From Pseudomonadota bacterium (GTDB lineage Bacteria; Pseudomonadota; Gammaproteobacteria; Xanthomonadales; Xanthomonadaceae), in the NCBI GenBank assembly GCA_023461075.1, contig JAEWNY010000028.1, positions 40,076 to 104,075 of the forward strand: a DNA stretch of 64,000 bases, in the 5' to 3' direction. The position numbers and the translations under genes were made by a program. Below, piece by piece: positions 50,096 to 61,170 of the stretch; position 1 is the stretch's first letter, and every line of letters starts with the position of its first letter. A model generated the notes under the pieces. That model made no database searches. It was not told where the DNA came from and worked only from the letters and a program-made list of their open reading frames with translations.

Positions 50096-51493
50096 ATGCG
50101 CCACCCGACCGCCTTCATGCTCTGGCTCGCATTGGTATTGACGCCCATCGCGCAGGCGCGCGAAACCCGCGTCCCGCAGGCTGCGGTGCAACAGGCCGTG
50201 CAGTTGCGCGAGCGCGCGATGACCGATGACACCGGCTGGCGGATCGTCGAATCGCTGACCACCGAAGTCGGCCACCGCATGCCGGGCACCGAACACGATG
50301 CGCGCGGCGTCGCCTGGGCCAAGGCGAAATTCAAGGCGCTTGGCTACGATCGGGTGTGGACGCAGCCGGTGACTTTCCCGCTGTGGGTGCGCCGCGGCGA
50401 GTCGGCGCGGGTCGTCGGCCCTTCGTCGCAATCATTGGCGGTCACCGCGCTCGGCGGCAGTCCCGGAGGCACGATCGAAGCCGAAGTGGCGCGCTTCGAT
50501 TCGCTGGAAGCGCTGAAGGCCGCGCCGGCCGGTTCGCAGCGCGGCAAGATCGTCTTCGTCGATGTGGTGATGCCGCATTACGTCGTCGGCTCGACCATCC
50601 GGCGCGTCGGCCCGCGCGAGGCGATCCGGGTTGGCGCCAGCGCCTTCGTGATGCGTTCGGCCGGCACCGACTGGCATCGCAACCCGCATACCGGCATGAG
50701 CCTGACGCCCGATGTCGCCGGCGCGGTGCCCTCGGCCGCACTGTCCAACCCCGATGCCGACCAGCTGGCGCGGCTGCTCAAGCTGGACCCGGCGACGAGG
50801 CTGCGCCTCGCGCTCGATTGCGGGTTCGAAGGCGAATACACCTCCGAGAACGTGATCGGCGAAATCACCGGCCGCACCCGGCCGGACGAGATCGTCGCCA
50901 TCGCCGGCCATCTGGATTCCTGGGATCTCGGCACCGGCGCGATCGACGATGGCGCCGGCATCGCCACCACCATGGCGGTGGGCGCGTTGTTCAAGCAGAT
51001 GAAACTGCGACCGGCGCGCACCCTGCGCGTCATCGCCTTCGCCAACGAGGAGCAGGGCCTGATCGGCGGCAAGGTCTATGCCGAATCGATGAAGAACGAT
51101 GTCGCCAGCCACGTGATCGTCGCCGAGAGCGATTCCGGCGGCAACATCGTTGAGAGCATCGGCGGGCAATGGCATCCCGATGCCGATCCGGCGATGCAAC
51201 AGATCGCCGAGGTGCTGGCACCGATCGGCATCAAGTACACGCCGCACAAGGGCGGCGCGGAATCCGAGATGAGCATCCTTGAGGAGATGGGCGTCGCTGC
51301 CGCCGCGCTGAATCGCGAGGGCAAGCGCTACTTCGACATCCACCACACCCCCGATGACACCCTGGACAAGCTCGACCCGAAGCAACTGCAGCAGAGCACC
51401 GCGGCCTATGCGGTGTTCACGTGGATGGCGGCAAACTCCGAGGGCGATTTCGGCAGCGGACGCATGCCGAAGCCGGCGAATGCGAAACCCTGA
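50096..51493 (+). CDS. Secreted M28 metallopeptidase (carboxypeptidase Q-like)
   Basis: Signal peptide; GHLDSWD, GAIDDGAG, NEEQG, AESD, HHTPDD. Confidence 0.9.
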   Translation: MRHPTAFMLWLALVLTPIAQARETRVPQAAVQQAVQLRERAMTDDTGWRIVESLTTEVGHRMPGTEHDARGVAWAKAKFKALGYDRVWTQPVTFPLWVRRGESARVVGPSSQSLAVTALGGSPGGTIEAEVARFDSLEALKAAPAGSQRGKIVFVDVVMPHYVVGSTIRRVGPREAIRVGASAFVMRSAGTDWHRNPHTGMSLTPDVAGAVPSAALSNPDADQLARLLKLDPATRLRLALDCGFEGEYTSENVIGEITGRTRPDEIVAIAGHLDSWDLGTGAIDDGAGIATTMAVGALFKQMKLRPARTLRVIAFANEEQGLIGGKVYAESMKNDVASHVIVAESDSGGNIVESIGGQWHPDADPAMQQIAEVLAPIGIKYTPHKGGAESEMSILEEMGVAAAALNREGKRYFDIHHTPDDTLDKLDPKQLQQSTAAYAVFTWMAANSEGDFGSGRMPKPANAKP

Positions 51494-52294
51494 TCAGGGC
51501 GAGCGCGCGTAAGCGGACAGCAACACCGCGGTCGCCGATGCCACGTTGAGGCTTTCCACCGCGCCGCTGCCGGGGATCGACACGCTTGCATCGCAGCGCA
51601 TCGCCAGTCGGCGATCCATGCCCGATTGCTCGGCGCCCATCACGTAGACCAGGCGCTCGGGCATGGTTTGGGCAAACAGATCCTCGCCACCTGACACCAA
51701 CGTCGCCCACAGCGTGAAGCCGACGGCGCGCAAGGACGCCATCGCCGCCTCTTCGGCCGGCAGGCGGATGAGCGGGACGACCTCGGCGCCCCCTTCGGCC
51801 ACGCGGGCAGCGGCGCCGGAAACCGCGAGCGTGGCATCGGCCGGGATGAGGATCGCGCGGACGCCGAAGTGCGCCGCATTGCGCAGGATTGCGCCCAGGT
51901 TGTGCGGGTTGCCGACGCCATCCAGCCACAGCAGGCATTGCCGACCGGCGGGCAGCGATGACAGCCATGTTTCGAAACCGGGCATGGCCGGCGCGCGCAC
52001 GTCGGCCACGATGCCCTCGTGGTGCGAACTCGCGGCCAGCTTGCGCAGGTCTTCGTCGCTCACCACACGGTAGCCGATGCGCTGCGCGGCGCACCACTTC
52101 AGCAGCTCACGGAACTGCGGCGCACGCGCTTCAGCCAACCAGATCTTGCGGATGTCACCGGGCCGCCGCGCGAATACCGCAGCGATCGCGTTGACACCGT
52201 ACAGGCGCTGCTCCCGTTGCGGGTCCTGCTGCGCGGTCGACGGCGCGGGCGATGGCCGGCGCGTGTGTCCCCACCGATCGGGGCGATCACTCAT
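51494..52294 (-). CDS. TrmH/SpoU-family RNA methyltransferase
   Basis: LDGVGNPHNLGAILR, MGAE, ESLNVA; ATGA overlap with RND gene. Confidence 0.92.
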   Translation of the reverse strand: MSDRPDRWGHTRRPSPAPSTAQQDPQREQRLYGVNAIAAVFARRPGDIRKIWLAEARAPQFRELLKWCAAQRIGYRVVSDEDLRKLAASSHHEGIVADVRAPAMPGFETWLSSLPAGRQCLLWLDGVGNPHNLGAILRNAAHFGVRAILIPADATLAVSGAAARVAEGGAEVVPLIRLPAEEAAMASLRAVGFTLWATLVSGGEDLFAQTMPERLVYVMGAEQSGMDRRLAMRCDASVSIPGSGAVESLNVASATAVLLSAYARSP

Positions 52295-55200
52295 GCATGA
52301 CCACCGACGCTGGGAGTCTCGGCTTCGAGCTTGTCCAGCTCGTGCGCGATGGTTTCCGGCGACTGCGTGTACTTCGCCACCCAGGCATAGAACGCGGGCA
52401 CCACGAACAGCGAAAGCAGGGTGGACACGCTGACGCCGAAGATGATGACCACGCCGATCGTCGAGCGGCTTGCCGAACCCGGTCCGCCCGCCAGCACCAG
52501 CGGCACCGCGCCCAGCGCGGTGGCGATCGATGTCATCAGGATCGGGCGCAGGCGCACCGAGGCCGATTCGACGATCGCCTCGCGGATGCTCCGGCCCTCG
52601 TCGCGCAGCTGGTTGGCGAACTCGACGATGAGGATGCCGTTTTTCGCCGCCAATCCGACCAGCATCACGATGCCGATCTGCGAGAACAGGTTCAGCGTGC
52701 CACCGCTCACCCACAAGCCGATGAGCGCACCCAGCACCGCCAGCGGCACGGTCAACATGATGACCAAGGGATGCAGGAAGCTCTCGAACTGCGCGGCCAG
52801 CACCAGATAGACGATCAGCAGCGCCATCGCGAAGGTCAGCAGGACCTCGCCGCCGGATTGCTGCAGTTCGCGCGCCTCGCCCTTCCAACTGACCTGGGCA
52901 TATTCGGGCAATGATTCGCGTGCGGTCTGCTCGGCCCATTGCACCGCGTCGCCGAGCTTGGCGCCCGGCGCCAAGCCCGCGCTCAGCGTGATGGCGCGCA
53001 GGCGATCGTAGCGGTTGAAGGTGGCCGGCTCGGCGACTTCGCGCAGGCTGACCAGGCTGGACAGCGGCACTAGCATGCCGTTCGAGGACTGCACCTGCAG
53101 GGCCTCGAGATCGGCGATCGATTCACGCGATTCGCGCCCGGCCTGAAGCATCACGTCGTACTCCTCGCCGTTGTCGACGAAGGTGGTGACGCGTACGCCG
53201 CCCATCATCGTCTGCAGGGCGCGGCCGATCGCGGTGCTGGAGACGCCAAGATCGGCGGCGCGCGCGCGGTCGATCACCACCCGCATCTGCGGCCGGGTTT
53301 CCTTGTAGTCGGAATCGGCGCCGGTCAGGCCAGGATAGTCCTGCAGCTTCTCCAGCATGATGTCGCGCCACTGGGCCAGCTCGTTGTAGTCGGGTCCGCC
53401 CAGCACCATCTGGAACGGTTGCCCGCGGGTGCGTACCAGCCCGCCGCCGACCATCGTGCGCACGCGGACTGCCTTCATGTCGACGAACAGCTTCTGCAGC
53501 TCGTCGGCGACTTGCTGCGTGCTCTGCCCGCGTTCCCGCCAGTCCTGCAGGAAGATGCTGGCGCGCCCGGTGTGCATTTCCTCGCTGGCGCCGAAGCTGC
53601 CGGGCACGCGCGGATTGACCCTGACGATCGGTTTGCCCTCGCCCACTTGGGTCGCCAGCCGGCGCTCCACTTCCTTCATCTGCTCGACCGTGTAGTCGAA
53701 GCCCGCGCCTTCCGGGCCTTCCATCATCAACTGGAAGGAGCCGCGATCCTCCGCCGGCGCCAGTTCGCTCGGCAGCATGCGGAACAGCAGCGCCGCGACC
53801 GCCAACGCCGCCAGCATCACCCCGCCGAACAGCCAGGTCCTGCCGACATGCCGGTCCAGCAGGCGGCGATAACGCGCGGCCAGCCCTTCGAAACGCGCAT
53901 TGAGCCACTCGCTGACCCGGTTGGAATGCACCGCATGCGGGCCGGCATGCGGCTTGAGCAACTTCGAGGCCATCATCGGCGTCAGGGTCAACGCGACGAA
54001 GGCAGAGATCGCCACTGCCGCCGCCAGCGCCACCGACAACTCGCGGAACAGGCGGCCGGTATTGCCCTGCAGGAAGCCGACCGGCAGGAACACCGAGACC
54101 AGCACCGCGGTGGTCGCGATCACCGCGAACGCCACCTGCGCGGTGCCGCGCCGTGCTGCGACCAACGCCGGTTCACCCAGGTCGACGCGGCGCTGGATGT
54201 TTTCCACCACCACGATCGCGTCATCCACCACCAGCCCGATGCACAACACCAGCGCGAGCAGGGTCAGCAGGTTGATCGAATAACCGAACAGCCACAACGC
54301 GATGAAGGCGGCGATCAGGCAGACCGGGACCGTCACCGCCGGGATCAGCGCCGCGCGCACGCTGCCGAGGAACAGCCAGATCACCACCAGCACCAGGATC
54401 ACCGCCTCGATCAGCGTCGCGTACACGCGCTCGACCGCGTTGTCGATGAAGGTGGTGCTGTCGAAGGCGGTATAGATCTCCATGCCCTCGGGCAGGGATT
54501 TCTGGATGATCTCCGCCTCGGCCTTGGCTTCCTCGGCCACTTCCAGGCTGTTGGCGGTGGAGGTCTTGACGATGCCAAGCCCGACCGCCGGCTCGCCGTT
54601 GCTGTGGTAGTAGGCGCGGCGTTCGGCGGATTCGAGCTTGACCGTGGCGACATCGCCCAGCTGCACCACGCTGCCGTCGGCAGCCTTGCCGAGCGGCATC
54701 CGCGCGAACGCTTCGGGCGTGGTGTAATCGCGCGCCACGCGCAGGATGAAATCGCGATCCTTCGACTCCAGCCGCCCGGCACCGAGTTCGACGTTCTGCG
54801 CGCGCAGCGCGGCATCGACGTGGCTGGAAGTCAGGCCGCGCGCGGCCAACGCATTGCCATCCAGCCAGATCCGCATCGCATAGACCTGGCTGCCGCCCAA
54901 GCGTACTTGCGCGACGCCCGGCAGGCTGGAGAAACGGTCGATGACGTAGCGCCGCGCGTAATCGGACAGCTGCAGCACGTCCATGTTGGGCGAGCGCAGG
55001 TTGAGCCAGAGGATCGCGTCGGAATCGCTCTCGACCTTGCTGATTTCCGGCGCCTCCGCATCCTCCGGCATGCGGTCGGCGACCCGGCTGACCGAGTTGC
55101 GAACATCGTTGGCCGCGCCCTCGATGTCGCGGCTTGAGAGGAACTCGATGCTGATGTCGGAACTGCCGTTGCGGCTGCGCGACTCGATGGTCTGGATGCC

Positions 55201-55425
55201 CTCGATGCCGGCCAGCGCATCCTCCATGATCTTGGTGATGCTGGTCTCGACCACGCTGGCCGACGCGCCCGGGTAGGTCACGCGTACCGAGACGATCGGC
55301 GGATCGATCGCCGGCAACTCGCGCAGGGTGAGCCGGGTGAAGGCCATGATGCCCAGCACCACCAGCAGCAGGCTCATCACCACGGCCAGTACCGGCCGCT
55401 TGATCGAAAGATCGGAAAGCTTCAT
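52291..55425 (-). CDS. RND efflux permease (AcrB/AcrD/AcrF family)
   Basis: IKRPV start, GLVVDDAIVVVENI, GLAAKNGILIVEF, RLRPILMT. Confidence 0.95.
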   Translation of the reverse strand: MKLSDLSIKRPVLAVVMSLLLVVLGIMAFTRLTLRELPAIDPPIVSVRVTYPGASASVVETSITKIMEDALAGIEGIQTIESRSRNGSSDISIEFLSSRDIEGAANDVRNSVSRVADRMPEDAEAPEISKVESDSDAILWLNLRSPNMDVLQLSDYARRYVIDRFSSLPGVAQVRLGGSQVYAMRIWLDGNALAARGLTSSHVDAALRAQNVELGAGRLESKDRDFILRVARDYTTPEAFARMPLGKAADGSVVQLGDVATVKLESAERRAYYHSNGEPAVGLGIVKTSTANSLEVAEEAKAEAEIIQKSLPEGMEIYTAFDSTTFIDNAVERVYATLIEAVILVLVVIWLFLGSVRAALIPAVTVPVCLIAAFIALWLFGYSINLLTLLALVLCIGLVVDDAIVVVENIQRRVDLGEPALVAARRGTAQVAFAVIATTAVLVSVFLPVGFLQGNTGRLFRELSVALAAAVAISAFVALTLTPMMASKLLKPHAGPHAVHSNRVSEWLNARFEGLAARYRRLLDRHVGRTWLFGGVMLAALAVAALLFRMLPSELAPAEDRGSFQLMMEGPEGAGFDYTVEQMKEVERRLATQVGEGKPIVRVNPRVPGSFGASEEMHTGRASIFLQDWRERGQSTQQVADELQKLFVDMKAVRVRTMVGGGLVRTRGQPFQMVLGGPDYNELAQWRDIMLEKLQDYPGLTGADSDYKETRPQMRVVIDRARAADLGVSSTAIGRALQTMMGGVRVTTFVDNGEEYDVMLQAGRESRESIADLEALQVQSSNGMLVPLSSLVSLREVAEPATFNRYDRLRAITLSAGLAPGAKLGDAVQWAEQTARESLPEYAQVSWKGEARELQQSGGEVLLTFAMALLIVYLVLAAQFESFLHPLVIMLTVPLAVLGALIGLWVSGGTLNLFSQIGIVMLVGLAAKNGILIVEFANQLRDEGRSIREAIVESASVRLRPILMTSIATALGAVPLVLAGGPGSASRSTIGVVIIFGVSVSTLLSLFVVPAFYAWVAKYTQSPETIAHELDKLEAETPSVGGHA

Positions 55426-55429
55426 CGCC

Positions 55430-56527
55430 CTACTTCGCCGCCGCAGCGCCTGCGGCCGGTTGTCCGCCAGTCTCGACCTTGCTGCCTTCGCGCACCTTGC
55501 CCATGCCTTCGGTGACGACGCGATCGCCCTCGCTCAGGCCCTTGACCACCTGCACCTTGCCGGGAATGCGCCCGCCGACCTCGATCAGCGCCTTCTCGAT
55601 GCTGCCATCGGGCCTGATGCGCCAGACGAAGGTTTCCTCGCCGACCTGCTGCACCGCGATTTCCGGCAACACCAGCGCATCGACCTGGCCGCGCACCAGT
55701 TCCACCTCGATCAGCATGCCGGGCTTGAGCGCACGATCGGGATTGGGGAAATCGGCACGCACCATGGCCGCGCGCGAGGTGGTGTCGATGCGCGGGCCGA
55801 CCGTCGCCAGCGTGCCGTCGAAGGTCCGTCCCGGCCAGGTGCCGGCGGCGCCGTGCACGGCCTGTCCCGGCCCGACCCCGGCCAGCTGCGACTCCGGCAC
55901 CGGGAAATCCACGTACACACGGGAAATGTCGTCGAGCGTTGCGATCACCGTGCCCGGCGTCACCAGCGCACCCGGCGAGACCTGGCGCAGCCCCATCACC
56001 CCGGCGAACGGCGCGCGGATGATGCGGTCGGAGAGGTTGGCGCGGATCTGCGCGACCTGGGCCTGCGCGGCATCGCGCGTGGCCTTCTGCTGGTCGAACA
56101 TCGCGCGCGAGATCAGTTGTTGCGACGCCAGTTGCTGCTGGCGGTTGAACAGCGCATCGGCCTCACGCGCGGTGGCTTCGGCAGCGCGCAACGCAGCCTG
56201 TTGCTGGGCGCCGGACAACGTCACCAGCGCGGCACCCCGGCCCACCACATCGCCATCGGAAAAGTGCACGCGTTGCACGGTCTCGCTGACCTTGGCGGTG
56301 ACATCGACCGACTCGCGCGCCTTGACGGTGCCGAGCGCACGGAGGCTGTCGCTCCACGGTTGCATCCGCACCACTTCGGCGGTGACCGCGACCGGGGCCC
56401 CGCCGTCGCGTCCGCCCGGCCTTCCCGCAGGCACCTCGTCTTTCTTGCCGCAGGCGGCGAGAAGCATCACGGCGGACAGGGCCACGGCGAGTGCCGCCGC
56501 CGTCATCGATTCATTGCGCAGCATCAT
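55430..56527 (-). CDS. RND periplasmic adaptor (MFP) lipoprotein
   Basis: Lipobox LAAC, IRAPFAG, LKPGM, GLSEGDRVV. Confidence 0.92.
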   Translation of the reverse strand: MMLRNESMTAAALAVALSAVMLLAACGKKDEVPAGRPGGRDGGAPVAVTAEVVRMQPWSDSLRALGTVKARESVDVTAKVSETVQRVHFSDGDVVGRGAALVTLSGAQQQAALRAAEATAREADALFNRQQQLASQQLISRAMFDQQKATRDAAQAQVAQIRANLSDRIIRAPFAGVMGLRQVSPGALVTPGTVIATLDDISRVYVDFPVPESQLAGVGPGQAVHGAAGTWPGRTFDGTLATVGPRIDTTSRAAMVRADFPNPDRALKPGMLIEVELVRGQVDALVLPEIAVQQVGEETFVWRIRPDGSIEKALIEVGGRIPGKVQVVKGLSEGDRVVTEGMGKVREGSKVETGGQPAAGAAAAK

Positions 56528-56621
56528 CCGTGAATTGTAGGGGCCCCGAAGTGACGCCACATGTGACGAAGGGCATGGCACGCGCCGTCAACCCCTTTAC
56601 CGCGCATGCGTTACGCCCGAT

Positions 56622-56647
56622 GAAAACGCCGGCGCGAGGCCGGCGTC
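56622..56647 (-). terminator. Terminator after the aldolase gene
   Basis: Minus strand GACGCCGGC-CTCGC-GCCGGCGT then TTTC. Confidence 0.7.
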
Positions 56648-56669
56648 GGTCTGGCGGATGCGGCTGCGT

Positions 56670-57674
56670 TCAGCCCTGCCACTGGCCCAGTGCGGCCAGG
56701 CCATTGTCCTTGGCGCGTGCGTGGACCGTGGCCTGCGCCTTGTCCCAGTTGCCAGCCATGTCCTCCGACCACAGCTTGAGCGCGGCCTGCTGCATGGCAC
56801 GTCCGTAGGAGAACGACAGCGGCCACGGGTTCGGGCCGAGGCGGTTCATCGCGTCCAGATGCGCGGTCGCCGCCTCGTCGCTCTGGCCACCGGAGAGGAA
56901 CACGATGCCCGGCAGGATCGCAGGCACGGTCGACTTGAGGCACATCAGGGTCGCTTCAGCGACTTCCTCGACGCTGGCTTGCTCCGAACAGTTCTTGCCC
57001 GGCACGACCATCGAGGCCTTGAGGATGGTGCCTTCCAGCATCACGTTGTGCTGGTACAGCGCATCGAACAGCGAGCGCAGGGTCACTTCGGTGACCTCGT
57101 AGCAGGTCTCGATGTCGTGGTCGCCGTCCATCAGCACCTCGGGCTCGACCATCGGCACCAGGCCCTGCTCCTGGCAGAGCGCGGCATAACGGGCCAGCGC
57201 ATGGCTGTTGGCCTCGATGCAGGTGCCGGAGGGCATGTCATCACCGATGGTGATGACCGCGCGCCACTTGGCGAAGCGGGCACCGAGCTTGTAGTACTCG
57301 GCCAGGCGCTCGCGCAGGCCGTCCAAGCCCTCGGTCACCACCTCGCCGGGGAAGCCGGCCAGCGGATGGGTGCCCTTGTCGACCTTGATGCCCGGGATCA
57401 TGCCGTTGTCGGCCATGTACCTGGCGAATGGCACGCCTGACTTGGTGGACTGGCGGATGGTCTCGTCGAACAGGATCGCACCGGACAGGTACTCGTTGGC
57501 CTTGGGCGTGGTCAACAGCAGCTCGCGGTAGGCGCGGCGGTTCTCTTCCGTACATTCGATGCCGACACCATCGAAACGCTTCTTGCAGGTCGCGGAGGAT
57601 TCGTCGATGGCGATGATGCCCTTGCCCGGGGCGACCATCGCGCGGGCGGTTTCGGCAAGCTGTTCGATGCTCAT
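56670..57674 (-). CDS. Class I fructose-bisphosphate aldolase
   Basis: GKGIIAIDES, GIKVDKG, FAKWR, VEPEV, FLSGGQS, FSYGRAMQ. Confidence 0.95.
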   Translation of the reverse strand: MSIEQLAETARAMVAPGKGIIAIDESSATCKKRFDGVGIECTEENRRAYRELLLTTPKANEYLSGAILFDETIRQSTKSGVPFARYMADNGMIPGIKVDKGTHPLAGFPGEVVTEGLDGLRERLAEYYKLGARFAKWRAVITIGDDMPSGTCIEANSHALARYAALCQEQGLVPMVEPEVLMDGDHDIETCYEVTEVTLRSLFDALYQHNVMLEGTILKASMVVPGKNCSEQASVEEVAEATLMCLKSTVPAILPGIVFLSGGQSDEAATAHLDAMNRLGPNPWPLSFSYGRAMQQAALKLWSEDMAGNWDKAQATVHARAKDNGLAALGQWQG

Positions 57675-57756
57675 GCGGCTTCCAGTGGCGGGAAAACCGC
57701 GATTATAACTGCTGATGGCGTACTGAAATCGTTTGCAGGCGGCTCGATATCGCGTC

Positions 57757-59223
57757 TCAGAGTTCGCCCAGCCCGCACGCCACGCCACCCTCGCCCACCT
57801 CCATCAGGCGCAGCGTGTTGGTGGCGCCGTGTTGCTGCATGGTGTCGCCGCTGGTGAAGATCACCCGCTCGCCCACCTGCAGGGTGCCGAGGTCGTGCAG
57901 GCGCTTGATCGCGCTGACCGCGGCATCGCGCGGGGCCAGGCCGCGGCTGTCGAAATCGATGGGGAAGACATCGCGCATCAGGCCCATGCGCCGGCGTGCA
58001 TCGGCATGCCGGGTAAAGGCATAGATCGGCACCGGCGAGCGGAACCGCGACAGGTAGCGCGCAGTGCCGCCGGACTCGGTCATCGCGATGATCGCGGCGA
58101 CATCGATGTGCTCGGCCAGGAACATCGTCGCCATCGCGATCGCATGGTCGGCGCGGGTCAACCCACGCTGGGCGGCCTCGTAGTCGGTATCGCGGTCGAA
58201 CTGCTTCTCCGCACCGATGCAGATCCGCGCCATCGCCTGCACCGCCAGCACCGGATAACTGCCGGCCGCGGTTTCCTGGGAGAGCATCACCGCGTCGGTA
58301 CCGTCGATCACGGCGTTGGCCACGTCCAGCACTTCGGCGCGGGTCGGCATCGGGCTTGCCACCATCGACTGCAGCATCTGCGTCGCGGTGATCACCACCT
58401 TGTTGCGCTGCACGGAGCGCTCGATGATCTTCTTCTGCAGGCCGGGCAACTCGGCATCGCCGATCTCCACGCCCAGATCACCGCGCGCCACCATCACCAC
58501 GTCACTGGCATCGATGATTTCGTCAAGGTTCTCGATGGCCTCGGCACGCTCGATCTTCGAGACCAGCGCGGCGTTGCTGCCGTGCGATTTCGCCGTCCGT
58601 CGCGCTTCCTCCATGTCGGCGGCGTTGCGGCAGAACGAGACGGCGATGAAGTCCACGCCGATCTGCGCGGCGATGCCGATCAGCTCGCGATCACGCTCGG
58701 TGATGGCGCCGAGCGACAGGCCGCCGCCCTGCTTGTTCAGGCCCTTGCGGTCTGACAGCACGCTGTCGTTGAGCACGCGGGTCACGATGCGCTCGCCTTC
58801 CACCGCCTCGACCTTGAGTTGCACCATGCCGTCATCGAGCAGCAGCACGTCGCCGGCAGAGACATCGCCCGGCAGCCCGAGATAGCTGACGCCGACCTGC
58901 GAGGCATCGCCCGGTTCGGGGTTCTCGCGTGCGACAAGGTCGAATCGTTCGCCGGTCTTCAACGCCACCTTGCCCTCCGCGAATCGCTCGACGCGGATCT
59001 TCGGGCCCGGCAGGTCGGCCAGGATGCCGATCTCGCGGCCTGCACGTTGCGCCGCTTCGCGCAAGTCGTGCGCGCGCTTCACCTGCGCCGCTGGATCGCC
59101 GTGCGAAAAGTTCAGGCGCACGCAATCCACGCCAGCGGCCATCAGTTCATCGAGCACGCCGGGCGCGTCGGTGGCGGGGCCCAGCGTGGCCAGGATGCGG
59201 GTGCGGCGGCGATGCTCGGTCAT
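57757..59223 (-). CDS. pyk: Pyruvate kinase
   Basis: TLGPA, RLNFSHG, DLPGPKIR, KIERAEA, MVARGDLGVE, DAVMLS. Confidence 0.97.
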   Translation of the reverse strand: MTEHRRRTRILATLGPATDAPGVLDELMAAGVDCVRLNFSHGDPAAQVKRAHDLREAAQRAGREIGILADLPGPKIRVERFAEGKVALKTGERFDLVARENPEPGDASQVGVSYLGLPGDVSAGDVLLLDDGMVQLKVEAVEGERIVTRVLNDSVLSDRKGLNKQGGGLSLGAITERDRELIGIAAQIGVDFIAVSFCRNAADMEEARRTAKSHGSNAALVSKIERAEAIENLDEIIDASDVVMVARGDLGVEIGDAELPGLQKKIIERSVQRNKVVITATQMLQSMVASPMPTRAEVLDVANAVIDGTDAVMLSQETAAGSYPVLAVQAMARICIGAEKQFDRDTDYEAAQRGLTRADHAIAMATMFLAEHIDVAAIIAMTESGGTARYLSRFRSPVPIYAFTRHADARRRMGLMRDVFPIDFDSRGLAPRDAAVSAIKRLHDLGTLQVGERVIFTSGDTMQQHGATNTLRLMEVGEGGVACGLGEL

Positions 59224-59289
59224 GCGTTCCTCCAGTCTGCGCCGAACCTAGCACGGCGAGGCAGGCGCCATGCAGTGCCGAAGCGAAAC

Positions 59290-59922
59290 TTACGATGACA
59301 ACGATTGCAGCAATGCGTGCGGTGTCTCGACAAGGACATCCGCACCCGCATGTTCCAGCTCGTCACGACTGCCGAAGCCCCAGAGCACGCCGACACCCCG
59401 CATGGCATGCGATTTCGCGCCCTCGATGTCCATGCGGCGGTCGCCGATCATCGTGCACGCGCTGGCGGCGACATCGAGCCGCTCCAGTGCCTCGGCGATC
59501 AGCTCCGGCTTGTGGCTCAACCGGCCATCCGCGCTCGCGCCGATCACGTCCTCGAAAAGCTGGCCAAACGGCAGCTCGTTGATGATGCGCCGCGCCTGCG
59601 GTTCATTCTTGGCGGTGACGACGCCCATGCGATGCCCGCTCGCGTGCAACGCGCGAACCGCATCCTCGATGCCATCGAACACGCTGAACTCGCGCACGCC
59701 CTCGCGATCGAAACGTTCGTGATAGAACGCTTCGGCACGGGCGACATCGGCCCGGTCATCGAACAACTGGCCGAAACTCACCCGCAACGCCGGGCCGATC
59801 CAGCCGAGCAGTCTGTCCTGCGGCAGCCCTGGATGCCCCATCTTCCCAAGCGAATAGGCGATGCAGCGGGTGACGCCGACCGAGGAATCGACCAGCGTGC
59901 CGTCGAGGTCGAAGAACAGCAT
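59290..59922 (-). CDS. HAD-family phosphatase (phosphoglycolate phosphatase/5'-nucleotidase-like)
   Basis: FDLDGTLVDS, HKP, MIGDRRMD, WGFG. Confidence 0.9.
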   Translation of the reverse strand: MLFFDLDGTLVDSSVGVTRCIAYSLGKMGHPGLPQDRLLGWIGPALRVSFGQLFDDRADVARAEAFYHERFDREGVREFSVFDGIEDAVRALHASGHRMGVVTAKNEPQARRIINELPFGQLFEDVIGASADGRLSHKPELIAEALERLDVAASACTMIGDRRMDIEGAKSHAMRGVGVLWGFGSRDELEHAGADVLVETPHALLQSLSS

Positions 59923-61097
59923 CAGCCGGCGCGCGCCTTCAGCGCCGCCACCGCAGGCAGTTCCTTGCCCTCAAGGAATTCCAGGAACGCGCCGCCGCCC
60001 GTAGAGATGTACGACACGTCATCCTGGATGCCGTACTTGTCCACTGCCGCCAGCGTGTCGCCACCGCCGGCGATCGAGAACGCGGGTGAGGAAGCAATGG
60101 CGCGCGCCATCGCCTCGGTGCCCTTGCCGAAGGCATCGAACTCGAACACCCCGACCGGGCCGTTCCAGACCACGGTGCCGGCTTTGGCGATCAGCGCGGC
60201 GTAGCGCTCGGCGGTCTGCGACCCGATGTCGAGGATCATGTCGCCCTCGCCCACCGCATCGATCGGCTTCACCGTGGCCGGCGCATCGGCCTTGAATTCC
60301 GGCGCGACCACCACGTCGACCGGGAGTGGAATTTCTGCACCGCGCGACTTGGCATCAGCCATGATCTTCTTCGCCGTTTCGATGAGATCCATCTCCACCA
60401 GCGACTTGCCGACGCCGTGTCCCATCGCCGCGATGAAGGTATTCGCAATCCCGCCGCCGACGATCAGCTGGTCCACCTTGCCGACCAGCGAGCCGAGCAA
60501 TGCAAGCTTGGTGCTGACCTTGCTGCCGGCGACGATCGCCAACAGCGGGCGCGCCGGACTGTCCAGTGCCTTGTCCAGCGCGTCGAGCTCGGCCATCAAC
60601 AGCGGGCCACCCGCCGCCTGCTTGGCGTGGCGAATCACGCCATGGGTGGACGCCTGCGCGCGATGCGCGGTGCCGAAGGCGTCCATGACGAAGACATCGG
60701 CAAGCGCGGCATATTTCTTCGATAAGGCTTCATCGTCCTTACCCTCGCCGATGTTCATGCGGCAGTTCTCCAGCAACACCAGCTGGCCGGGCGCGACCTC
60801 GACACCATCGACCCAATCCTTCACCAACGGGACATCCCGGCCCATCAGTTCGGACAGGCGCCTGGCCACGGGGCTGAGGGAATCGGCCTCGCTCCACTCG
60901 CCCTCCTTCGGCCGACCCAGGTGCGACATCACCATCACCGCGGCACCGGCATCCAGCGCGGCCTTGAGGGTCGGGATCGAGGCGGTGATGCGCTGGTCCG
61001 AAGTGACCTTGCCATCCTCGACCGGGACGTTGAGGTCCTGGCGGATCAGCACGCGCTTGCCGGCGAGATCCAGGTCGGTCATGCGGGTAATGGACAT
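59922..61097 (-). CDS. pgk: Phosphoglycerate kinase
   Basis: [41 protein letters not shown]. Confidence 0.98.
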   Translation of the reverse strand: MSITRMTDLDLAGKRVLIRQDLNVPVEDGKVTSDQRITASIPTLKAALDAGAAVMVMSHLGRPKEGEWSEADSLSPVARRLSELMGRDVPLVKDWVDGVEVAPGQLVLLENCRMNIGEGKDDEALSKKYAALADVFVMDAFGTAHRAQASTHGVIRHAKQAAGGPLLMAELDALDKALDSPARPLLAIVAGSKVSTKLALLGSLVGKVDQLIVGGGIANTFIAAMGHGVGKSLVEMDLIETAKKIMADAKSRGAEIPLPVDVVVAPEFKADAPATVKPIDAVGEGDMILDIGSQTAERYAALIAKAGTVVWNGPVGVFEFDAFGKGTEAMARAIASSPAFSIAGGGDTLAAVDKYGIQDDVSYISTGGGAFLEFLEGKELPAVAALKARAG

Positions 61098-61170
61098 GCG
61101 CGGGCGCTCCAGTCGATGGGAAACGCCTATTGTCGTTCGCGTGCCGGGCCGGTTCAAACCCGCCGCGGCT

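Noticed and set aside
56551..56580. GTGACG direct repeats upstream of the RND adaptor as a Pho or CRP box
   Set aside because: Period is 12 bp rather than 11, and there is no TGTGA-N6-TCACA symmetry
56670..57674. Eukaryote-like class I aldolase and GTP-dependent PEPCK as signs of recent horizontal transfer
   Set aside because: Codon usage looks native, the aldolase lies in the core glycolytic cluster, and both enzyme types are known in bacteria
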